A stretch of 62,688 nucleotides of DNA, filler included, from Bipalium vagum (GCA_037834085.1; 3 parts of 3 records of this genome joined end to end with filler, not necessarily neighbours in it), one strand, 5' to 3'. Shown: positions 1-14,513, counted from the whole stretch's first letter. The notes: generated by a model from the letters alone, not told the origin. Numbers and translations: made by a program.

Positions 1-253
1 GAATTTTTTGAACCACTTTTGAGCAGTTCTTATGGACACTGATTTGTCGCCTTCAACTTCACATATTTTCTTTGCAGAATCTATGGCTCTGAAATTCTGC
101 TTCCAGAAATGTTTCAGAAATATACGGATTGCTAATTTATACATGCTTTTTTTCTGAATAAATATATACACACAAACTACATATAACGTAATATAATTAT
201 TTTATTTATTTAGTTTATACAGAAAAAACACACGAACTCATGAATCAACCCAA
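1..253 (-). mobile_element. mariner element, 5' end (TIR plus N-terminal HTH of transposase), continuing off the window edge
   Basis: Minus strand from ATG at 144 reads MYKLAIRIFLKHFWKQNFRAIDSAKKICEVEGDKSVSIRTAQKWFKKF; mariner-type end TA|TTGGGTTGATTCATGAGTTCG at ~253. Confidence 0.8.
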
Positions 254-2655
254 TATTTCATTTTTTTCTTTCTCAGAAAATTTATTTTTGCGATATTTGA
301 TTTGCCTTCTCGATCTTTACACTTTGTTTATTAATTTCTGATCTGAGCCATAATGTTTAAAGACCAGTGTGAGGATGAGGCAACTATTTATTTTCACAAT
401 TGGTAAGAGAAAAGATTTATTTAATTTATGTCTTTGGTGTTTAATATAGTTCCTCTCTAACATTCTTTAAGACACTCTTCCGTGGTATAGGTATTTTCAA
501 AGAATAATATTAGTTTTATAAGGATAACCTCGTCTTTTACAAAGACCTCATTAAAAATTCGGTTTTTATGCATTCTTAAAATTAAGTATCATGCAATAAA
601 TATTAAAATATCATTGCTTAAAAACTTTATTGATTAAATAATGTTTAAATAATAACAATTCGAGAATGTTAAAATATGTTTAAAAAATGCACCATTTGTT
701 AGAAGTCATACTGCATTATTTTATTACCAAGAAAACTTAGCAGAGAAAATATGATTCTGGATTGCAGCAATTTTGGTACTTAGGAGGAAAAACAAACATG
801 ACCAAGAAAAAGATTTTAAAGTAAACTTCCCATTGACTGCCGCATTACAAGTGATATAACAATGTTACAATCTACAAGGTATAAGAATTAAATCAAAAAA
901 TATGATATCGATTCTCAAATGAATTTACAGAAAGAGACATTGAACGATGATGAAAACATTAGAGTTTTTTCTTCAGAGAAAAAGTTTTCCAATGAATTTT
1001 TCAGTGATATAAAAAATTAATTTACTATAAAAAGTAGCTTAATTAAAACTCTTATTGTTGTTGTTACCTTGTTGGATCAGAATTTTGTTGGGTTCACTCT
1101 ATTAACAAAATGCGAAAATACAATTATCATAGAAAAAAATTTTTAAGACAATTAAGGATTTCTGAAATTTTCCGAATAGCAGTACTGAAAATTTATTTTA
1201 ATCTTATTTAAGAACTTTTCACCATCTTTCTATCAAATTTTTAATATATTTATAAATAGTTTATTCACCAAAAAACTGTTCTAATTCCGATTTCATAACA
1301 TCCATATCCGAGATGATTGTCCTGACAAAAGTAGGCGGTGACTTAAGAAATTCAGATAGTAGACAATGTGAGACAGAAGTGCAATTCATTTTAATGGAAA
1401 TGCCACAATCATATAAGGTAACATTTCCATAAATTGTAGAAAAATTTTAGCAACCTTTAACACATTGGAATCGCAATCATTTTCTTATCGATTACAATGC
1501 CGAAAATGTTCCTAATTAGGTAAAAATTTACCATTTCTGTAATATTATAAAAAATTATTTCACTGTATTTGGCTTCAAAATTTTAAAATTAATACATTTT
1601 GATTCATTTAAGCAAGGATTTTGAAATATTGAAATTTTTAAATACCCTTAATTTTATAATTGAATAACATTATATAACCTTTACGAAAATAAATGATATA
1701 AGAGATAGATAACACAGCCCAACCATACACAACCATATCTCAGCAACAGTCTAAATAAGATTTATTAGCATAAAAAATTATAAAAAAGATATAATTCATA
1801 GAGCATATATAAGAATTGGCAGATAGATATAAAGCGTTGTATAATTTCTGGTGGAATAAATCAAAATTCTTTGGCCCGTTTCCGATCACGTCGTTGTGAA
1901 AATGACCAGCAAGACAGATCGGACGTTGAAATACTCAAAACGAGCAAAACAAATATCCTGAATGAAAAAAGATGAAAAAATATTTCAACATTCACAGAAA
2001 ATCTACTTTAAAAAATCATTGTAAAAAGCAAGCTTCGAATATAAAGTTTCAAAATGAATTCAGATAATAAAGTTTGATAAAAGCGGTGCATTCAAAAAGA
2101 TATAATGTGGAAGCAGATATAAAAGAAGAAAAAAGTTTGTAAAAGATAATTAATCATCTGGCGGAATAAAAACATTTTGCTCCTCCAAAACCAAAGCAAG
2201 TTCCTTGCTAATCGCTGATCCAATCGTAGTGAAAATAATGAACATAGATATCGTTTTCAGTACTCCAAATTTAACTTGAAATGGTTTAGGCAAAATTGAA
2301 CCGATATTCTAAACTAAAAAACATACAAATATTTTTTTAATAAAAATAACCAACAGTGTAGGCTCCTTGATAGTCATTGTGGCGCATTCTGATTAGGTAA
2401 GACAGAAAATTTACCTTACTTTTACATTGAGAAATAATCATAATGTTTATTTCTGAAACTAACGCCGCAATGAAATTTAAATATCGGTTAGTATGGTAAA
2501 ACAAACTTGGTTAATTCTAATTATTTTAAAATCATTAGTAATTTAATAATTTAAAGTTTTTTAAGTAAAATATTAAAATAACAACTTTAATTCTGACTAA
2601 CCTGTAATATATATTACATAACTTAAATTCTTTGTTATTTTATACAATAATAATA

Positions 2656-3052
2656 CAGTGCAACTTCTATTTTGGATCACAAAATGTCAAAAGTGGTCCA
2701 AAAATAGAAGTTGGTCCAATATTAGAAGTTAAGACATAAAAAGGCTTTAAAAGATGTTTTATATAAACTTATGTGGATGTAATAATAGAAATTTTTAAAA
2801 ATTATTGCGAAGTTGCTTGGCAATATTATATTTATCTTCATATGATAATTTTTTACTCATTCCTGATTTTGAAAATGTTATACCAAAATATTATTAAAAC
2901 AAATTATTGAAATTTTTGGACCAAGAATTTTATTTTTTATATGAAAATATCGAGAAATATGATAAGTACAAATTATAGGTCAAAATTCAGAGTTTGGTCC
3001 GATTATAGAAGTGGTCCATTTCAGAAATTGGTCCAAAATAGAAGTGGCACTG
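2656..3052. mobile_element. Tc1/pogo-type MITE with subterminal repeats
   Basis: TIR CAGTGC(A/C)ACTTCTATTTTGGA(T/C)CA at both ends, TA on each side, several internal GGTCCAnnnTAGAAGT repeats. Confidence 0.85.
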
Positions 3053-3110
3053 TAATAATAATAATAATAATAAAAGTTGTTAAAATTCTCAAACAGTTTG
3101 TAGCAATTTA

Positions 3111-4365
3111 TTAGGTGATTAAGTATGAAATGCCGAATTTGCAAAATCCGTAGTTTGACATTTGATATATAAATAATTTAACTCGAAAGTTATTTGTTTT
3201 GCTGACTAAATAGGTAATTACTTCTTATAGTGTTTATTTAAATATCTGATAATATTATAAACTGAAATTCTTGGAGAAACTTTTCCAAACAATGGATATT
3301 TAAAAAATTCGTGTAATTTTAGAAAACAATTCCGTGGTAGAACTAATGCAAGGCAAATAATTCGAAAAATGAGTAATGTGTTTGGGAGCAAGGTTGTCAA
3401 TGAACTATTGGTGCAGCGATGGTTTAAGAAGTTCCTTGCAGGAGATTTCTGTCTTCAAAATACGTTGACCTAAGACGAAGATAAATCAAACTTCAGTTAG
3501 TGAAGAAAGATCCATCTCAAAGTACTTAGTAGTGACTTCTGAAATCCATATCTTCATCCGTACAATACTTGACCATTTGGAACAAATTAACAAGGTTTAA
3601 AAGCTTGGCCGATGGGTAAATCATGAATTATGCAAATATCAGAAAACAAGTCGTCTTCAAGCTTGCCTTTCTTTGTTGTTAAGACAGAAACGTATTTCTT
3701 CAACGTATCTTGATGTGTGACGAAAAACGGGTTAGACACGATAATTGCAAGATAACATGTCAATGGTTGAATAAAAATGAAGTGCCCAAACCCTGTCCAA
3801 AGAGGAATGTTCACCAAAAGAAAATCATGATTTCTGTCTGGTGATCCAGTGCTGATATTATCCAACATACATTTTCAAAACCACGAAAATCTTTTATAGC
3901 AGAAACATACTGTAGTCAATTTAGGGATTTGCTGAACTTTCTCGCTATTAATCAGCCAAGCTTTGGCAATCCAGACAAACCAATTCTCTTGCAATTTAAC
4001 ACTGGATCACATATTACTAAAGCAGCGCTCCTCCAATAGCAGAAGTTGGAACTGGAAACACTCTGTCACCAACCGTATTCATCAGACATTTCGCCAACTG
4101 ACTATCATTTCTTCTGACCGTTGGATTATTTTTGAGTTGAAAAAAATCCCATACAGAAGTGGCTGCAAAAAACGCCTTTCGTAATCTCATCACCACTCTA
4201 TCACCAGAATTCTTCTTTTCTGGACTAAATAAGCTACCATTAAGATAAAAGAACTGTATTTATAGTTTTGGTGATTATTTTGTATAAATATATCATTTTT
4301 GCTCCTTATGTTGTTAATCAAAATGAACGAATTGAAAATCTAACACTTCAGACTCAATGACTTAA
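3111..4365 (+). mobile_element. degenerate, roughly full-length mariner
   Basis: TTAGGTGATTAAGTATGAAATG end; disrupted transposase with VQRWFKKF and PYSSDISPTDYHF (YSPDLAP-like) motifs; ~1.25 kb. Confidence 0.8.
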
Positions 4366-7260
4366 TATTATTTTATCAAATTATTAACGTGTGAAGGTTG
4401 CTATGAAAAATGTTTTCAATTATTACTATTAACTAAATTGACTAAAATAACCAGTTAATAAAAAAGAGTGTATAAATTTATGCACAAGATTTTAAAAATA
4501 TATATATCGTCCTTGATAACTTTATTTTTCCGATTAAATATTTTATTTATTTGATTTTAAAAAAGAAAGATTCTCCTCCTTTTAGACTCAGAGATCCTCA
4601 GCAAAAAATAAATTTACGTCACCGCCCTATTTATTATGTGTGACAAAAACATAAAATTAAAAAAGTATAAGAGAAAGAAAATACAAAAAATAAATTTTAA
4701 TGCTCAAATAAAGTCTTTCATCTACTTTACAAGATCGAACAAATCATTGTGTAAATCGTTGAAACCGTCTCTTGTATTGAGTATTATTAATAACAATATC
4801 ACCGATAACATCACATATTGTTCCGTATGATTCTTCGGTAGTCTTACATACCACATAAAAATGTGAATTTCTAATTTTTGGTCATCCATATTTCTTAGCT
4901 TACTTTTCAACTTAAAAGGAATGAAATGAAAGATAATATTAATAAAATATTACAAATAAGACAAATATGCAGAGCAAAATTTAAAATTTGTGTTTTTTGG
5001 AGGTTTATGCAATAGTAAATGTATTGTTTTATACTACCATGAAACCCTTGCACTACTTAGGTCGGGATTTTAATGACACTTCACTTATGTCAATAACGTG
5101 CTTAAATAATTCAATAAAAGTAATCACAATAAAACTTTATATGATCAGACCAAGAGTAAACAGTTCAAATAAACGTCCAAAAGTAAACACGTTCAGCAAG
5201 TGATCACAATAAGTAAATCGATCCCAACTCTCAAATGTCACAAACAATAAAAATGAAATAAATAATCAATAAATATGAAAACCTTAGATTATCACAAAAT
5301 AATTAATCAATGCATTAATAATTAGTTAAGCGTTATTTAATAGCTAAAAAGAAGAAAAATAAACGGATGAAACACTCATTGCTTTGCTGACGATGGGTCG
5401 TCAAGTCGTTAGATGAGATAAATGCCCGAGCCACACAGAATCCATCGTTGACTTCTGTATCTTAATAAAATAATAAATAACAATAAATGTTCATTAACAT
5501 TAGGTTTCTTCTATTACAATAAATCATGACTCAATTTCTGAGAAGTCCATTGAGGACTCCAACGCTCTTTATATTGATCAAACGACTATTCAGTTGTAGA
5601 CCAATATTGTTATCTGAGAACTTCAATTATCTTGTTTGGTGTAAAATACTAAATCAGTACTAGTTGCAGACTTGATATAATCTTGGCAATTCAACATTTG
5701 ACATTGTAAAGATTAGACGATCAAAAATAAAATAATATTTTTAATATTAATATTGTGTAATATTATTAATTATTAATTATTAATTTTAATTATATTATTA
5801 TTATTAAAATTTATTATTATTATAGCCAATCAGGCCCTTTGGCGGTCCTTAATTTGAAGGGAGAAGCCGCTGACCAAGCCAACAATAATTATTCATTTAA
5901 ACTCGTATTTCTAACTTAAAAACTTAATATTACCTGTACAAAATATTAATTTCAACTTACAAATATTATCAAACTTTGTTTCCATTAAAATTTGTCAGTA
6001 TTTCTTCATTAAAAACTAATAGACATTCCTTCTTCATTTCGTGAATGACAGCTTGAGAGAAAATATTCTTTAATACTAAGAATTTATTTTGGTTTCCTAA
6101 ACCAAAAGTAAAAGAAATATTTTAATGAGAAAACGAGTTTTATCATTGTTAAGACAATGAAACCAAAATCATCTTTTAATGAATTTTCTACATATTATTC
6201 ATTCATTAAAACAAACTACATGACCTTTTAAATAAATATTTTTCCAATGTATACCGATTTTAAACTCCACTTTTTCTGTATCGGGATTTCTCCACAAAAT
6301 TAAGCTTCCAAGTGTGATTTTTATACTTTTTCCTAAAGTCAAAATACTTAAGAGAATGGAGATAAAACTAATTTCCCATAAGGAAATTGAATTTTTTAAA
6401 ACAATTGCTTTCAAGATGAGATGAACAGTCAATGAGATATTATTCAAGAGATACCCAATTTCAAAATCTTCATATGTAAAGAATATCATAATTTCCATAT
6501 GTTTCATTACGATACGGAATATCGCAGTCTCATTAAAATAAATAAATAATAAATATTCTTTCGAAAATATATTTACTCGACTTTTGTAAAAATTATACCT
6601 GATTGAGCCAAACTAAAGACTCACTGTCCTTCCGTGAATAAATAGAAAGAATGATTTCAGTATGAAAGTAGCATTTATACAACGCGTTTCAAACAAATAA
6701 TGTTCTGTCCTCAAATTAACAATACAATGTTTGCACATGTGGAAAATTCCGCGACTTAAGGCGTTGATTTATTTTCATATGAAATGCATTAGACAAATCT
6801 CTTATAATTTATTTTCGTTTTTTCTCGAAAATCTCTCAAAAACAAATCTTGAAAATTATCATTGTTGATAAAAAAATTTTCATTTCTTAAATAAGGCTAT
6901 ATTTAGTAAAATGTAATGATTTAATAATTTTAACTATTTGTATAAAATTTAGGTGTATTTTGTAAATTTATAATAATATTTGATTTCGGTGGTTTCACAA
7001 ATGTTGTTTGAATATTAAGATTTGTGATTATGGAAAATTAATTAAGAATTTAGACTTATGAAATATAAATCAATAGACACTAATATCACAACCAATAAAT
7101 GTTAATAATCATTGATTTAATTAAAACCTATTTTTATTTAAATTTAAGAAATAAAAAGTAAGATTATTTTTTACATATATTCATAAAGAAAAATCTACAT
7201 TTTTATAAAATTTATATATTTTCAAGTTTAATGGATAAAAGTTAAATAATCAGTAGTATA

Positions 7261-8170
7261 CAGTGATAAACATTCGTTTAGACGCTCATGAATAATTGCA
7301 TATATTTCATGTCCTCTGTAATTAATAAATATAAATTTGATTTATATTAATTTACCATTAATAAATTAACCCAGAAAACTCATTTTGTAATAAATTACTC
7401 AATATGAATTTATATAGACTTAAAAAGGTAAAAAATTCACAGAAAAGTCGAAACATTCGTTTAGACGCAATGATGTTTTATTAATAAAAAATACAATTAT
7501 CAATACAATTAAAGCCTGTTTAATAAAGTATAGTTTTTCCTTGTGCTTTAATCAAATTAAAAATTCTTTTCGACATTGACATAGCTAAATTTTTCAATGT
7601 TGAATTGTCAATTTCACTCCAGCACTCCTTTATATGTCTTTGGCGATCGAAAATACTCTGAAATTGTCTTCCATTAGCATAAACTTTGGAAGATAATATG
7701 CTCCAAAGATTATCCATTGGGTTTAAATCTGGACTGCAACTTGGCCAGTCAATTAAGTCAATTTCTTTTGGGGAAACCATGACTTTGTTATTTTAGAAAC
7801 ATGGATAGGTAATGGAAACTAATTTCTGAATTCTCTTCCATGTATGGAATCAGAACATCTTCTAACAATTCCGTGTATGAATGTGAAATTGTTCTTGTTG
7901 ATATGAAGCACACGGTTAACTTGCTATAAGTACTAAAAGCACCCCAAATCATAACAGTGCTCCCACCAAAATTTCGTCTCCACCTATAATCTGATTTTCT
8001 ATTTAAGTCTTGCCAATAACAAGAATAGCAGTCAGGGCCATCAAGATTGAACTTTTTTCATCCGAAAAGATGACAGATTGCCATTCAGATTTCCAATTCA
8101 TATAATTTTCGGAAAAGTGTAATCGCTTTTGAATATGGATTGGATTAATTGGATTGTATCTATTCAATTT
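7261..8170 (-). mobile_element. Tc3/Tc1-like transposon, 3' part (DDE domain plus long TIR with inner and outer direct repeats)
   Basis: VIFSDEKKFNLDGPD, GGSTVMIWGAF and WPSCSPDLNPMDNLW motifs; TA|CAGTG end; AAACATTCGTTTAGACGC at 7268 and 7451. Confidence 0.88.
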
Positions 8171-8899
8171 TCCTATAAATTATTTATTTTCAATTTTATA
8201 ATAACTATTGATCCATGGAACATGGCCCAACCATAAGGAGCTTTAACTAATAGATAGTTTTAATATATAAATTTGACAGCATGAATAAATCAAAATCCGT
8301 TCATGGAAAAAGTTTATCCTAATTTAAATGATAAATATTTCTGAGACATTTTATTGTTGGAATAATCTTGAACTCTTTTTGAGTACCATTGAAAACCATG
8401 TGGGTAATATGGCTATTGTTTAAGAAGATTTAATGGGAAGTCTATAGATTGAAGACATCAATAGATTGCACATAAACAATTTGAATATTTCATTTATCTC
8501 TTGAGCTGTAGCCTATTCTCAAAGCTGGACAAAATTGAAGCATAATAATGTAATTAAAATGATCAAGTTTTTATTATATTATAAAATTACGTTAAACTAA
8601 TAATGATGCGGGAAAACACCCGTGTACTGCCTTAGTATCTGTACTGAATTGTTCCATGATCCTGATTTTTTATTTAAAAATATTGAACTAATTATGAAAA
8701 TGAAATATTATCTAGATAATATTAGAAAAGTTAATTAATTCTTGTATAAAATTAAAATAAGCAGTAAAGTTAGTTATAATAAAGTAAAAATAACACTTTT
8801 TTTAAAATCTCCGAATATCTTATATATGTTTTTCTAGGTTAAAAAATAATATTTGTTTAAATAAACACTTAGAAGGCGCAAAATATAAATAAGTCAAAA

Positions 8900-9190
8900 T
8901 TACATTTCAGACATCTAATAATATCTTTGTTCGATATATTAATAGCAGTGGAAGAGCATCAAATGCTTGAAGAAACATATTGATAAGTCTCAATCGTTGT
9001 CAAACTGTAACTTTTGGTTTACTAGACTTAAATCGAGATGTAAAAATGTAAGTTCAGCCAAGAAAGTTTGAATATGGTGAATTGAAGATTTGTTGATTGA
9101 CAATCCCTCTCAAACAGAAAAACAGTTGGCTATGACACTAAACAAACAGGTCAAAATTTGACGGACGGCTACATGGTCTAGGAAAAATGG
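8900..9190 (+). mobile_element. mariner (Mos1-like) N-terminal remnant
   Basis: AVEEHQMLEETY and NPSQTEKQLAMTL...RRLHGLGK resemble Mos1 HTH segments. Confidence 0.55.
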
Positions 9191-9494
9191 TACTCTATAT
9201 ATATACCTCCAACAGAAATTAATTTATAGAAATATTCAAAATTTGGTGTCCAATTGGAATTATGCTAAAGAAATATTATGTTATCATTGTGGAATATCCA
9301 TGGTGCCAGATTTATACGAGAAAGTCATTTTTTACGATGGAAAATACTTCGATTAATTTTAATGTCTATTTAAATGCCATAAAATAAATATTAAAAGTTA
9401 AATTAAATGCACTCTTCTAATAATTAATATAAAAGTAAATTAATTTAATTAAATTAAAAATAATTTAAATTAATTAAAAATCTTCACCAATATA

Positions 9495-10164
9495 CAATGC
9501 GCCCCATATGTTTGGAGCCACCCATGGAATTTGCATAAAATGGTGGAAATATATAATCATAAGTACTTTAATGTAGTCTATATTTAAATATATCAAAAAA
9601 TATGTAAAAGCATCTTTCCACAAAAATATTTTAAAAGTAAAATTTTTTCAATCTTTGGGTATTTTTCGTCTTTTTTTTTCTTACATATTTTCGTACATAT
9701 TTTCCAATGTTTTATGTTTTTTTTAACTTGAGTTGCACTGCATTCCGTAAAATATTAAGCAGAATTGCAATTTTTCTATGCCACCAGCCCTCTTTCAATT
9801 TTTCAATAAGTGGTTTTTTATAACCCATGGATAACCGATCCATATTTAACCAAAATATTTCTGAAATTATAAAAATGTTAACAATCAGTAAAATATTATA
9901 AATATAGTTTTTATTTATTAAATTGAAAACGTGAAAATATTTTATACATTTTAACTATTTACAAATTTTAGAAAACGCATTATATAATAAATGTATTTTA
10001 ACAATTATAAAAAACTCAATATTAATAATTTTTAATGAATTATAAAGCTGACATTAACATGTATGTAAGTTGAAATAATTCAAATCATAAAACTTTTAAT
10101 ATAATTCGTAATGTATATTTATTTGCATTTTTACAGAGTGGTTTCAAACATATGGACGGCACTG
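9495..10164. mobile_element. Tc1-type MITE / non-autonomous element
   Basis: Imperfect TIR CAATGCGCCCCATATGTTTGGAGCCAC vs CAGTGCCGTCCATATGTTTGAAACCAC, TA on both sides, non-coding interior. Confidence 0.75.
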
Positions 10165-10456
10165 TACATTTCCAAATTTCTGGAAAATTCAAATAAGTAT
10201 AATTTGCATATTTTAAATTAAATATAATTTCAACTTAATTTATTATTATTATTAATTATTCACATCACATGATTTTTTAAATTTGTTTAAGAAGTGAAAT
10301 ATACGTTTTGAAGATTTTGTATAAATAAAAAGAATCAAGTGAAACAAAAATAAAATATAAATAAAAAATTTCATGAAAGAAAAATCAATTATTATTATGA
10401 AAGTCTGGCTGAAATAAGTAAATATTTAATGAGAAAATATAAATTATTCAGACGTA

Positions 10457-10896
10457 TCAATACAAAGTAAAAGAGTTTAATGGGAATCTGAATTCATATG
10501 CTGATTTAATCTGTTCCTCTTTCTTCTGTGTTATGGAAAATATGCGACCCTTTGGAATATTGGAATTCTTCATAGGATAAGAATCAAGATATGGAAACAT
10601 TGGTAGATCTAGATAATTGGAATTCTGCTCCTCTTGTTTCGGTTTCATCAAACTGGTTGTTCTCTTTACGGGTACTTTATTTAATTTGATGGTTTTGCTG
10701 TAACCTTGATACATTTCCATTCGACGTTGATCTGATATTACTCTCATTGTGTCTCGAATTCTATCGAACTCCCTAACACTATCAATAACCTTTGAGCTAA
10801 GATATCTGGATTTTATGTTAAAGGGTTTCCGCTGATCTGAAAAAAAACTGATGCGACTATTAGTCTTATGGCCATTATGTGGAATATGATTAAAAA

Positions 10897-10941
<45 letters not shown>

Positions 10942-13768
10942 TGTTATTATTACTGGTACTATTATGTGAAAATAGTCTGACATCAACACCCTTTTCTAAA
11001 AGATCAAGCTCGGATCTCATTTTCCTTAATTTAAATCTTGATTCTTCCTTTTCATCTAATTCACCGGTTTTCAAAGCAGTGTTATCGGGAATACCAAAAT
11101 TACCAAAGTTCTCTGATTCTGACGGTCCATCATACAGATTCTTTCTCACTTCAGTTTCTTTTGGATCCTGAATATGGACTATGTTGCCCGTATTATTTCT
11201 CATCTTGTCCTCAAGATCATTACCATTTCTTTTACTGACACTCGTCTTTAAAATCTGGGAAGGGCTGTCTATCTTGTTACTCACAGTTTTGTTATTGTAT
11301 ATTCCTTTTGGAAACTTTTGAGGTTTTGGCATATTATAACCATTGTGAGATTTTTTAGATTCCCTTTTTGTTTCGCTGTCCCCCGGAACAGTCGACTTCT
11401 TCAAAATGTTATCAAGACGTTTTTCATCTGACTTACCTTGAAAACCATTTTGATTACTTTTCGTTTTACTTTCGTTGAATATATCTCTAAGAAGTACCTT
11501 GCTATATAGGTTTTTGGACTTTTTGATACCATTTGGTATGCTGTTTTTATTATTTCTAGGAGACATGGTCTTGGTGTTGCTGGAAGATTTGGATTGTCCT
11601 GAAATGCTGCTTTCAGGGCTCTTTGTGTTTGGAGAGGATTTTAACGGTGATTCTGAGTTTTCCATATTCTCATTAAATAAATCATGTTGAAATTCTTCAT
11701 TCTCAACCAGGGAACTTGAACCTTCGCTACCTTTCAACAAATTGATCGTCTTAGGATCAGTGGCTAAATCTAAAGGCCTCAGATTTGCTTTCACACCAGT
11801 TCCAGTCACTTTTTCATCTGGTTTTGTCAATAAATTTATGTCAGCTCCATACTCGATTAAGAGTTTGCATATTTTGTAGTGATTATTTTTAGATGCTTTA
11901 TGGAGAGGTGAAAAACCATCACAGTTCAAAGAATTAACAAGATGATTTTCATGACATTCGTCCATTCTTTGCAGGATTAGCTCACAAACATCAAGCTTCC
12001 CAGTCTCGGCAGCCTCGTGCAACGGCAAGTCTCCGTTGTTGTTCTTCAAAGTAAGTAGACCACCACTTTTCCTTATGAGATCTAGTATGTCACAATATCC
12101 TTTCAAGGCAGCACAATGAGCCACACTGCGACCTTTGATATCTTGTTTATTAGGATTGCTTCCCTTTTCAAGAAGGAAATTCACAATGGACACAAATCTA
12201 AGAGTAACGGCATAGAAAAGAGGTGTACAAAGATTGTTATCTTCAACCTCGATGGACACCGACCAATTATTTACAGCCAGATCAACAATATCATAATGAC
12301 CACGACTGGCGGCACAGTGCAATATCGACAGGCCATTATTGTCTGAATGGCCTATGTCCGCTCCGTTTTCCAATAAAATCTGACAGCAACTTGTTAACCC
12401 GAGACTTGCTGCCCAGAGCAAAGGAGTTCGATCATCGTAATCAATACAGTTGATATTACATTTGATTTGTAAAAGTTTTTCCAAGATGATTGGACCTTGA
12501 ACAGACCCCTCGGGACTAAGAAAAGACTGGGTAGCGTAATGTAACGGTGACGCTCCGTAATTGTCGACAATCGCCAGAATCTCAGCGTCGGTTTTCAAAA
12601 AGATCCCAATCAAGTCTAAGGAGCAACAGACGACGGCCCAGTGAAGACAGGTGTGGCCATCATTGTCCTTTTCTTTTATATCACAACCGTTGGCAATTAA
12701 GATTTGTACCAACTTGGTGTTGTTGGATATCGTTGCAAGATGCAAAATCGTGAAACCATTGCGATCCTTTTTGCCAATCAACATGGGTTGCAGCTTAATT
12801 AGCTTTTCTGAACATTTCGTATTGGAATTGTCAGCACAATAATGAAGAGGCGTTCTGCGTTCAGTACCATCTACAAGATCGTTCAGTTTCTTCGATATGT
12901 CGGGATCTTTATCAACAAGATCGGATAGTGAAGAAAAATCATCATTCAAACATGCTAATATAATGGGAGAATGGTCGACCTTGTTGTTGGGATTGTTCAG
13001 CGATGATGACAGTATTTCCGCTCCTGAATAATGGGTTAGGATCCGAAGAAAATTGTCCTTCGGGTGATCGCAAACTCTGTCAATGACGCTTTTATCCGTG
13101 TAGTCCTTTATGTCGGACCTGGCTTTGTTTTTTAACAAAATCGTAAAGATTTCTTCATTTTCCACAAACAAAGCGTAATGCAATGCTGTTCTTTTGTATT
13201 TGTTATTCTCTTGAGCGTCAACATTAACGGATAGTTGGATCAACTTTTTCAATGTGTCCACAGCTCCAATCTGGACTGCATAGATCAACGGAGTGGCTCC
13301 ACTCGTTTCTGACGGCATTTCAAAAACGTCGACATTGTTTCCGTAGAGCTTTATCACTTCTAAAGCCATTTGGTCGTTATATCGGATTGCTAAATGTACA
13401 ATGGTCTCTCCGTCCAAATCTTGAACCAGTGGGCTGCAACCCAAGGCAAGACTGGTTGACAAAAGCTCCGGACAATGCAACATTATGCACCAATGGGAAA
13501 TTGTGCGACCCATGTCGTCTTGTGCATTCAAGTCGCTTCCCATTTCAGTTAAAATCTTCAGACAATGCTTATAATCGTCAAGGGTTTTATCTGAACGACC
13601 GATTCCCAACGATTCAAATTTTCGATATGTCTGTACAAGGATCATCATCAAACTAAGACCGTCATCAAATCTGTGACGGACATTAATCTGTTCACAGTTG
13701 TCCAAGAGAATCTTTTCGAATCTGTGAATATCGCCACTGTCTAAAATCTCTTTGGCTGCTAATTCCAT
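10457..13768 (-). CDS. multi-ankyrin-repeat protein (invertebrate inversin-like type) with a low-complexity C-terminal region containing poly-Asn
   Basis: Uninterrupted 1103-codon ORF, GC above background; many ANK repeats (GHTCLHWAVVC, GASPLHYATQ, RTPLLWAASLG, LHCAASRGH, TPLFYAVTL, GDLPLHEAA). Additional terminal exons cannot be excluded. Confidence 0.92.
10899..10955. repeat. (AAT)n microsatellite encoding poly-Asn inside the ankyrin CDS
   Basis: In-frame (ATT)n tract on the plus strand. Confidence 0.9.
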
Positions 13769-14513
13769 GAATTCTCAGAGTGGGAAAAGTCTGAAATGGA
13801 ACTGTAACAATCAGTGCGGATTGTTTTCCACAAAGCGTCTTTTGTCTGGACTGAGACTAGTGAAACAGATTGACAGGTCTTGACAATTGGTTCATTGAAA
13901 CATTCATCGGATTTCTGGAAACGGTGGAAAACGAGAACAATATCAAAGTAAAATGACAATATAAAAAGAGACAATGGGCCAATTAGAATGAGTCTGTTTT
14001 GCCCCTAGAAACCGTTGTTAAGAAAATGGATAAGTTGTTGAACAAATCAGCAAAAGATATACTTTGTATTTGTTCCCAGTATCGACTATAATAACAATAC
14101 TGTTTTCACAATTGGCGGTTGAGACTGGACATTGCTGCTGATGTTACTGGTGAGTTTGCCAGCAGTCAAAGAGATTAGTAGCAGCTTATTTACCTTTAAT
14201 ATACAGAATAAATTGTCAGGGGATAATTTTCTCTCTTCTGTGAAAAATGTTTTATTGAATAGTGAATAATAAAGGCGTTTCGATGTGGGAACAATGGAGG
14301 GAACTGAGATGTCAAATCTTTGATTTGTTTAAATGGAGAAACGAGAACGTTCAGAAGAGGGTGATGAGTCGAAAACGTTGTCTTTCGGAAAATTTTAATG
14401 ATTAGATTTTATAAAATAAAATTAATGTATTTTTGTAGACAATATACATGGGATATATAGAGCGAGAAAGAATTAATATGGGAGTGAAAAAGAACATTTT
14501 TATTATTATATTA

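Noticed and set aside
2690-3045. Short spaced repeats superficially like a CRISPR array
   Set aside because: Subterminal repeats of a TA-flanked MITE in eukaryotic DNA; no unique regular spacers and no cas genes.
5930-6640. Minus-strand 102-aa ORF with nearby splice-like sites
   Set aside because: No recognisable domain, and I could not build a consistent exon chain.
11038-13656. Several plus-strand ORFs
   Set aside because: Antisense shadows of the ankyrin CDS.
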